Source: Vairimorpha necatrix (lineage: Eukaryota). Taken from it: a stretch of DNA of 64,000 bases. Every line of letters begins with the position of its first letter. Within the stretch, counting starts at the first letter, position 1. The notes below the pieces were generated by a model. The model was not told where the DNA came from. It was given only the letters and a program-made list of their open reading frames with translations, and did not search any database. The DNA lies in contig CP142730.1 of the NCBI GenBank assembly GCA_036630325.1, positions 806,001 to 870,000 of the forward strand, written 5' to 3'. Both the position numbers and the translations under genes were made by a program. Below, in pieces: positions 54,826 through 64,000 of the stretch.

Positions 54826-57683
54826 AAAGCTCCGAAATTAATAGTTTGAATTGAGAATTTAAGTATAAAATTTTATAATTTTGGACAAAATAAACTATTC
54901 ATCTTTTCGTTTTAGTTACAAACAAAGCTTTAAAGTTTAATCGCATAAATATTATTCATCATAAATTCGATTGTTATTGTTTAGGCTGATTTAAGAAATT
55001 ATGATTGATTGAAATAAATTAAAAACCGACATATAAATAAATTAGTCAACGTAAAAATTGTATATCAGAAATACCTATTTAAACTACATAATATTAATCC
55101 TTTGTTTACCTCTTATTATTTTGAGTAACTAGAGCAAAATCCAAATTCTAAACTTGCGTATCTACTACTGCTATTTATGATTTTTCTATAAAAGAAATAC
55201 AATAATTTACATAATTGTCATACAAGACATTAAATATAAAATATGAAGCGACATTGTTTGTATGTATAAGTAAAAAAAATATCATAAAGACAAACATAGC
55301 AACAATGGGACTTACTGTCTGTTACAACCCTTATTTTCTTTTGTTTCTATTTACATAAAAAATGATAAACAAATGATATCCTTTGTAGATCTCGACTCAT
55401 TTTAAAATCTGTGAAGTAAGATGTTTGATGAAGAGAAGATAAAAGCATGACAATCCTGTAATTTACAGCTCAAATCAACAAGGATATTCTAATAAATAAG
55501 CAATAACAAAATCATTATACAAGAACCATCATAACAAAATGAAATATACACTTCACTTTGTATTAGTCAATTTCTAATCGGTGTTTCGCTGACCCACGGG
55601 CAAAGATTACACAACTGTTAGCCTCTACTCTTATGTTAATATACATTTATTTTTTATAGAAATTTTTAAATAAAAAAAAGTAGATTCTAGCTATAAAATA
55701 TTTTTTCATATTTATTTTTAGATTAAAATGACGAAAAGCTAGAAATTAGACAAATCAAGACAAATACTTGTTCTTATAATATTATCGGGCAATCTTTTAG
55801 TGCTTGGTTATATTATAACATGTAATGATTCTATGAATAAAACATAATATAAATGGGCATAGATTCATGTTTAAAATTTTTTTATAGGCCTGTTAGGAAC
55901 CTTTAGATATAAATCCTTAACTTTTTTTTTAATTTCAACTTACTTCTCTCCACTTCCAGTCCCAGTTTAGCTTCAGCACTTTGGTTTTGCCCATCTTCAT
56001 GCTTCCCAAGATCATTGTATGAATACTATATTAAATAAATTTTGATAATAAAGGAATTTCAATAAACTAATATTAATTGCTTTTTTGTAAAAATTTTAAT
56101 TAATAACATCGGGTTCGTCATTCTATATTTCTAAAAGTATTCGATCTGTTCACTGCTGCTACTTTATGTTTCTTACAATAAAATAGTGCTAAAATAAAGA
56201 CTAACAAAAACTTTTAGAGATTCGTGTTAATGAAAAGAGATAAAACAAAATGTGGAATATAATATGAATCATATCTATACCATAGAAACAGCTATAAAAT
56301 AAATCTGAAGAATACTCAAAAAAAAATTATCTAATTTTTATACTAAAAAATGCTATACACAAAGGAAGAGCCCAACAAAGAATACTGTTTAATAGGCAGA
56401 CAATACCTATATTATAGTTTATTTTAGCACCCAGGCTATTAATATTTTACAAAATTTTCACTATTTTTAAAAACACCAAGGATTCGTCCATTATCATTTT
56501 CATTAAGTATTTAATCACAAATAATCCATCTTAATCTACTTTTATATCAACGTATTTATCAAAATTCTGTTTGTTTTTACCTCAATTTAGCTCTTTATGC
56601 TAAAATTATAACATAACAAAGAATGATGTAAAGGCAATGTTTTTTCTGAAATAGAATATAGTAAATCCTGAACAGATCTATTTTTAGCATTATTTTTTAC
56701 AGCGTACCCATATCATAATCCTCATAAACTAAAAAATTTGTTAAAAAAATATATATTTATATTAAATCATATTTTTAGATACAATAATAAAGAATAATAA
56801 GAAAATACTAATGTAATTTTCTTTACAAAATACAATTATAATGCCTTATATTAAAACAAACAAACAAAAGTAATAAAGTAGTATTTAAATACTGAGATTG
56901 CTTACGAATATATAATTTTTATATTATTTAATCAATTAAAATTTGTAAACAAATAAATAAAAGATATTAGTAAATTTTTCGCCCCAAACAAAGATTTATA
57001 TGTTTTAAATATATAAACGAATAGGAGTTATTTAACTGGGTTTCATTAAATTCATGTAATATTATTATGGATTACAGTATGTATGTATATTGTTTCTTTA
57101 AATTAAAGTTTTCATGTTTGTAGCTGTAAAATTTTTTGCTATTAAAAAAAACAAACAGTTCGGACAAAATAAATTTTTATAGCACAATAAATAGATTATC
57201 CAACAGGAAAATGGTAATATTATATATGTTAAATATGACCGAACCCATTACAATTGTTTAAAAATAGCAATTTTATAATCTTAGATAGTTAAATATTTCA
57301 AATTTTTATAAAAATCTTTTTAGCAAACCCCACCTTCTTTAATCAGCAGCCATCCCATAAAAATAGATTCTGATATTTATTGTCTGATTCATCTATTAAT
57401 AAGAAAAAATTTTGGTCTTAACCACTGGTTTGAATTCAAAATGCCGTAGGATCTCAAGAGCTGCTATTGTTTAACACGTATAACATATCTCAATGATTTA
57501 ATATTTACAACTTTTATATTTTACCCCTAAGCAAGATAGAAGGAAGAGAATAAAAAAACAAATAAATAATTAAATATCGACATAAAATAATAAAAATTCC
57601 TAAGAAGATATTATTTTCGGCCTTTTTACATATAAAATCAAAATAATTGAATATTTTAATATTTTATTGTAAGGCCAGACATG

Positions 57684-58274
57684 GTACATGAACGATTGGA
57701 ATCCGCATTGAGAAAATGAACCCGCATTTATATTTAAAAAAATTTACTTAACAATTTGTTCTGAATAATAAAAAAAGATGATTTATATTTCATTTTTTGG
57801 TGTTTGATAAGACCAGAGGACCTGTAAAAGGTACTCGTAGGTTTGTCCTAGTTTATTCTGTGCTTAGACCGCCAACCTCTCTTGGAAAGAAATCAAAATC
57901 TCCTATTTTGTTTGGTAGTGTATCTCGGAATCGCCCAAGTTTACGACATTGACGATGTGATTCACAGTCCCGTGCTCCATCCCTGAGATTTGTCTAATGC
58001 GGCATCATATGTTTTTCATTGATCAGTAATCACAATAGAACTATGTGAAATATTAAGTTTTATTACCTTTAGAAGAATAGCCTTAGGATAAGCAAGACAC
58101 ACGCTATTCTGCACTATTTTTTTTAAAATGAACTTTTAATCATTCATAATCAAAAAAAACTTTCGGTCTTAACAAATTTTGTTCTTACCAATTTGGTCAT
58201 TTTAAAATAGAGGTTTTTTTTCAAATTTTCGATGAAATTCATATTCCCAATGCGGGTTCCAAACGGCCATGTAC
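57684..58274. mobile_element. MITE-like element with ~37-bp imperfect TIRs
   Basis: GTACATGAACGATTGGAATCCGCATTGAGAAAATGAA versus the reverse complement of the right end GTACATGGCCGTTTGGAACCCGCATTGGGAATATGAA. Confidence 0.6.
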
Positions 58275-59099
58275 AGCAAAAACACAATACGAGCTTATCT
58301 GAGTTGAAATATACAATTAATATCAGGAATTTATGCACAGATATAACTGTTTAATAAGATTCCTTTTCAATTTTATGAATATTGTTTGACCTAAGAAGAG
58401 CATCCATTTTGTTGTCAAAATTAAGTAGTTTAACTGAAGAATCGAGGCTATTTGTGGTTGTTTTGAACAGATTAGGCTTCCTTAGTGCTGCTATAACCAT
58501 TATTGGACAATCAAAACAAATTTTTTACATATATATGTTTCAAAAATAATCCCTGATTTTTTTGGGCTAAGAGATCAACCCGCGGCCAAATGGTAAAAAA
58601 TTTAATCTAAAATAACTGAAACCTAAGAAATTCTTTAATTTTTTTAGTAATCTGCAACTCGAGATCAGTCATATTTATGTTTCCATTGTTCCCGCAACTT
58701 TTTTAACCCTTTTAGTTATTTTTTAAATTGTAAGATTTTTTTTATAGAGATAAGTTTAAAAAAATCAAAAATATTTTATATCAATAGAAAAGATCCACCC
58801 ATAGATGAGGCCTATGGTCTTTATTATGGGTAGATCTCTTAACCCGGAAACCCTGGTACTAATTGTTGTAAGATAATTTGGAATGCTTTTGCATAGAAAG
58901 AGATGTTACCAAATGTAAATTGAATGATTTAAATATTTTAAGCAGTTATACGTTAACAATATTTTGTTTAAAAATCATAACATCGTCTCGATCATTAAAA
59001 TACATGTCTTAAAAATGCAATTTCTTTATTTTCTAATTTTGGTATAACCATTTTAAAAATATTGAATTAATTAGAATTTAATTATGTACAATTAATTAA

Positions 59100-59695
59100 C
59101 ATAGACGGCACAATGAGGCATTGCGATGGATACATCTGCAGTTATGTTAAACCAATGGATTATCATATGCTTAAAGAATTAGAAATCATTCAGTCTTGGA
59201 ATAAGTAGCTAATGAGTGTGTTGAGATACGAGTTGACACTAGGATACATTCAAGTATCAAGATAAAGTATAACAAGCCTGATATACTAATTGTGGGCAGT
59301 TGAGGAAAGAAGTGATTGTTGTTGAAATTGAGATCACAAGCGATTAACCTCCATGAGGTAGAAACAGAAAAGAAAAAGTAAATACGACTTTGATTGCAAA
59401 CCATGTGGCTTCTTTCTATAAATATGAGCCGAAAATAATTCCTTATGTGATGACCTGAGATGGAATAGTAACCAATTTTCACCGCGCGCATACCAAAGAG
59501 CTCCGATTAAAACACGGAACTAAAGCATATATACAAACAAGAATTCTTAAAATGACTTTAGAAAGCCTAACTATGTCAATCAGACATGAGATTGATACTG
59601 ATTAGAAAGAAGTATTTGAGGGTCATTGCGTGGATTCCAGAAAAAAACTCGGGGAACCACCAGAAGAGACTGTAAGCGTATCTTGTGAAAAGTAA
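59100..59695 (+). pseudogene. Decayed 3' fragment of an RLE non-LTR retrotransposon
   Basis: RRHNEALRWIHLQLC, VEIRVDTRI, YNKPDIL, EVETEK, KAYIQTRILKMTLESL across frames. Confidence 0.8.
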
Positions 59696-60267
59696 TTAGT
59701 AAGTAAGATATTATATTATAACTAGATAAAGTATTTATATAAATCATTAAAAACATAATTTACAAGAAATCTCAAAAAATATAAAGCATGTTTATATCAT
59801 ACATTTAAACATATGAATATCTTTATTATATAATATTAATTTTCTCGTTAGATCAAATAATGTAAGATCATATCTTTACATACTCCAAATTGTAGTTAAT
59901 AATCCTAATATTTTAATTAGTTTTCCTTATTATTAACACACGGAAACATTAAGTTAATGTAAAATGTTATTATATTGTTCTTATAATTTTTGTTAATAAT
60001 TTGTTTATTAAATAATATTTTAATGTATCAAACATAATGTACACAAACAAAAATTTAAGCTTAAACGTTCATTATAACTTAAAATTTAATTTGTTTGTTT
60101 ATTTTTATTAAATAATTTTTTATTAATATTTTAAAATTGTGCTTTTTCAAATAATATTAAAAATATTTGTAAAATTGTAATTTAGAAAAGTTCATTGTTT
60201 TTAATTTATCAAATATAAAATTAAAATATATATTTTTCTATAAATCGAAAAAAGGTCTCCCCATAAA

Positions 60268-61056
60268 ATGTTATTCATTTCGATATTTTTTAGTCAAAAT
60301 ATTCAAAGTTCGACAGCTAACCTTAGCACCGATAAAAAAAACAGGGAGTACCAGAAGTGTACAAATACCTTTTATTCCGAAGAGTCAAAGTTCAATGTTA
60401 ATCTTCCTTCAAAGAAGAATAAAAAAATATCAAATTTATTATTGGATTCAATTTTAGATAAAATGACTTTCCCAATAAAAATGCATTCTGAATGGCCAAA
60501 AAAGCTTAACGGGACTGAATATGAAATTCTGAGAAAAGACATTGATTATGATACATTCTTTTTGCATTTAATTTTTAATAAAGAGTTAAACAACGACTTT
60601 ACTGGAAAAGAAAAAGTTGTGGACAGTATAATGTACAACTTGAGGATCGTTACTTCCAAAATGTATAATTTATTTTTTTGTATAAATTTTAATGTTTCGG
60701 ATCTTAATCTTGATATACTTAGACTGATTGTTGATAAATATATTAATGTTGAATTTACTGAAAAAGATTGTATATTTTCAAAAATATTTAATGCAAGTGA
60801 CTTTAATACAATGTTTAATGAATTAAGAGAAAGTATTGGCCTAAAGGGAGATATTTACGACACCCATGAAAAAGTCTCACCTAGAACCATCAATGAGTTA
60901 AGAGATAGTATTGACACTGATAAAGATATTACTGACAGAAGTGGAAATGTATATAATCATGCTACAACATTGGACTTTAATACAGGTTCTGTGCTACAAC
61001 TTGGTAGTTTAATTGGTATCGGATATTTAAACCATAATAATTTCTTGTTGAATTAA
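60268..61056 (+). CDS. Hypothetical signal-peptide protein (262 aa)
   Basis: Start context CCCCATAAAATG; short hydrophobic N-terminus; internal repeat NELRESI/NELRDSI. Confidence 0.8.
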   Translation: MLFISIFFSQNIQSSTANLSTDKKNREYQKCTNTFYSEESKFNVNLPSKKNKKISNLLLDSILDKMTFPIKMHSEWPKKLNGTEYEILRKDIDYDTFFLHLIFNKELNNDFTGKEKVVDSIMYNLRIVTSKMYNLFFCINFNVSDLNLDILRLIVDKYINVEFTEKDCIFSKIFNASDFNTMFNELRESIGLKGDIYDTHEKVSPRTINELRDSIDTDKDITDRSGNVYNHATTLDFNTGSVLQLGSLIGIGYLNHNNFLLN

Positions 61057-61176
61057 AAATTTTATTTGTTTAGCTATTAAAAATAGGTTTTAATGATTTT
61101 TTTGGTAACCATTTTATATTATCATAACTAATCGTATAATATAATGTATAAAGCCACTAAAAAGACATTAAATACA

Positions 61177-62430
61177 TAGGTTTGAATTTTTTTTAGTCGA
61201 ACTTTTGGATTTTTTAGTCGAACTTTTGCATTTTTTAGTCGAACTTTTACTTTTTATAGTCCAAATTTTGAATTTTTATAGTACATATTTTTTTATTTCA
61301 ATGGCCTTTTTTGAAACAAAATCCAACACAATACCTAGAAAGGCGAGATCTACAGTCACTCCAGATGTCTTAAAACTAATTAAAAGACATATAAAAAACG
61401 AAAACTTGACCTTAAAAAAAATTTCCACTACATTAGATTTAAGTTATAAAACAGTTATGAGGATTCATAAGAAAATGTTAGTGGGAGAATCTGAATTGTC
61501 TACAAGTACAATAAATCTTTCAAAATTCAATCATCTAGGTATTAAAACCTATCGATCTCGTGTTAAAAAACAACATTGCAGTAGTAATGACAAGACTCTT
61601 AGTGAAATCAAAGAAGAACTTAATACAATAGCAAATGTTTTAATGTAGTTGTCACTATCTCGTTTAAATTATAATACTTAAATATTATAAAAAAGGACCA
61701 TCTCTAATTCCTGCAGAGCGTAATTCTCAAAAGGAAATTGATAAAAGAGCTGAATATGACATGAAAATATCGTTATATTATCTAGAAAATTTAGTTTTTT
61801 GGATGAAACTGGATTTAATGCTCATACTTCAAGGCATTATATATTTTCTTAATATAATAAAAGCATTTAAAACAGTTACTCCAAATCGAGGCAAAAATTT
61901 TAAGTTGTTTTTGCGTGATTTCGAAATCGAATATTTTAGCATACGAAATGAAAAGGGCGCATATAATTCTGCTCTATTCATTGTCTTTATTGAGGGGCTT
62001 CTTTTAGATTTTTTCCATACAAATCCTCAAAAGATTTAAATAATTTATAATTGCAAATTTCATCATTCAAGAGAAGTTTTAGGTAAACTAAGAGAATTGG
62101 GCATATCTTATGTTTTTTGCCTTCATATTCACCACAGCTTAATTCTATTAAAGAATTTTTTTCCATAATAAAATTGAGGTTTTGTGCTATACAAAAATCA
62201 AATAATACTGTAGAAACTAATTTAGAACAAATGCTGAACAATGATTTTAGCTTATCGTGCAATAATTCTACACTAATATGGTAAGATGGCAAGGCAGAAA
62301 AATGAGTTTGTCTAATTTTATGAGGTTGTTTATTATTTTACACATTATTCTATTAAAGGTTCATTATATTTCAAATTTTGGGTTTTTTGTTTTTTTTTTT
62401 AAAAGTTGGTCTGTTAAAAAATGCAACCCC
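61177..62430 (+). mobile_element. Decayed Tc1/IS630-type DNA transposon
   Basis: HTH-like N-terminus from 61301, FLDETGFN, FLPSYSPQLNSIKEFFS, with stops and frameshifts. Three 21-bp subterminal repeats (TTTTTTAGTCGAACTTTT) at 61190-61250 and a degenerate inverted copy at ~62401-62430. Confidence 0.82.
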
Positions 62431-64000
62431 AATGTGAAATCACAAATGTATAATAGATTCACGAGTATGTCCTTGTAATATTAGCATTCTTTGTACAAAA
62501 AACTTTGTTACATCGATTAAGATTCAAAAAAGCAAGAAAAGACAAATTGTTTAAACATTAATTGTTCGCAAAAAAAAATTAGTTGTATTCGATTTTCTTA
62601 CTCGAAATTTCATTTTAAAATCTAAAAGCGGCAATGTACCATACCTTCTATATTATTTTGTCTTTTATGTTATCTTTTTATAATTTGTAAGACTTGTTAA
62701 AAACCTTATATAATATTACATTTTGGTATTAACATTAAATGGTATAATAAGAGGTTGAGATTTGAATTATGTGAAATAAGTCCTTCCCCAATAATAAAGC
62801 ATATAACTTAAATCTACAAATTTTAGATTAAATCATTTTGCCTTCTGTATCCTCATGGTTTAAAACTAAAATATAGAACTTATTTTCTATGTTCTACAGA
62901 TGATAAATATTTTAATGTAAATGTATAAATATTATTGTTGTAAAAGCGCTTTATTTTGTTTTCGTCCTCTTCTCTTTGTATAAGATCGGGTTAATATATG
63001 TAGAAATAATCAAGCACTATAAATGCTCTGCATGAGTGCAAGGAACTACGACAAAATATTTTACAAATTGTTAATATTTTATTATTTATGTTTTACTAGG
63101 ATATCTTTATCTCTTTTAAAGTTGGATTTAGATTTTATAAATAATTATTGTTTACTAATGATTAAAATGTCTATGGGCTTTTAAGCAGAAACAGAGCCAA
63201 AACACAGACAAATCTTTGTGTTGCTTTTTACTGCGACCTCATAAATGGTTAGTTGAAACGAATATTGCTTAATGCTATCATATGCGAAGGGTCAAGGGAT
63301 GCAGTGCCCCTTTGAAGAAAAAGACTTGCTGCTGCCTTCTAACATATATTGACGATTAAGAGACTTTTAATTAACAAAAATAGAAAGGTTTAGGCTCTTT
63401 TTAAAAAATAGAGTAAAGAAATTAAGACAATAAAGAGAATATATATGAACTAGTAATGAAAAATCAAATTAAGCCCTGTAAAGCATGTAAATCTAAAATG
63501 AGATAACTAGTAAACATGGTTGTTTTTAACATTTTCGAAGAATAAATGCGAAAAGACATATTTCATTTGGCATGATACGTGCTTTGCTATTTCTAAACTC
63601 ATTCATATAACAATTTTACATGTACTTTATCTGTAAATTCCAAAATATCCCAGCAGGAATTTTTATAACTATATGAATATTAAAATAATTGAAAGAAATG
63701 AACATTTATGATAAGCATTTTTCTTCTGTGAAAAACACAGGCGGAAAAATAAAAGTGGGAATCGATACTAAATAATAGGAAAGAATGAGTAGGACAAACG
63801 TAAACTATTGAAAGGATTTTGTTGATTTGTTATTAGAACTTCATATGTAACGTAAAATAATACTAGTACATACAAAAATGGATTAAGCAACATTTTATTG
63901 TCTTTTCGAATATGTAAATCCATAAGGTATTAAACATAGAGATGATATGATGCTTATCGTCCTTTGGGTACAATATTTAACTAACTTCACATGATTAGCC

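Noticed and set aside
49500-57600. Short ORFs (49911, 50706, 50761, 50973, 53646) and possible decayed genes near 55250-56750
   Set aside because: Low-complexity AT-rich translations with no CCC start context and no recognisable homology.

Overview
AT-rich, apparently intron-less eukaryotic DNA that looks microsporidian (Nosema/Vairimorpha-like). The basis is very compact, divergent housekeeping genes, CCC motifs just upstream of ATGs and AATAAA overlapping stop codons. Positions 1-12.7 kb are a gene-dense core: Ser/Thr kinase, DDB1/Rse1/CPSF160-type propeller, PX protein, Sed5-like syntaxin, minimal Sgt1, PP2A B55, 6-phosphogluconate dehydrogenase and a catalytically altered integrase-derived gene behind a CpG-rich 80-bp minisatellite. 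Positions 13-64 kb are gene-poor and transposon-rich. They hold four dispersed paralogues of a ~750-aa signal-peptide family, three complete LTR elements with identical LTRs and 5-bp TSDs, solo LTRs, many Merlin-type elements/TIRs, R4/Dong-like RLE-LINE fragments and a Tc1/IS630 relic. Four items stand out. (1) A ~790-nt tRNA-headed, densely base-paired, A-tailed SINE-like element (13690-14480). (2) A Ty3/gypsy element whose 124-bp LTR is stop-free and frame-neutral (LTR+TSD = 129 nt); it fuses a secreted host protein in frame to Gag-Pol and would leave a repaired gene after solo-LTR formation. (3) Two non-autonomous LTR elements keep long open ORFs, one with a duplicated RT-derived peptide showing only synonymous differences. 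(4) A candidate small structured ncRNA at ~515-683. All calls were made by eye; no database searches were run.
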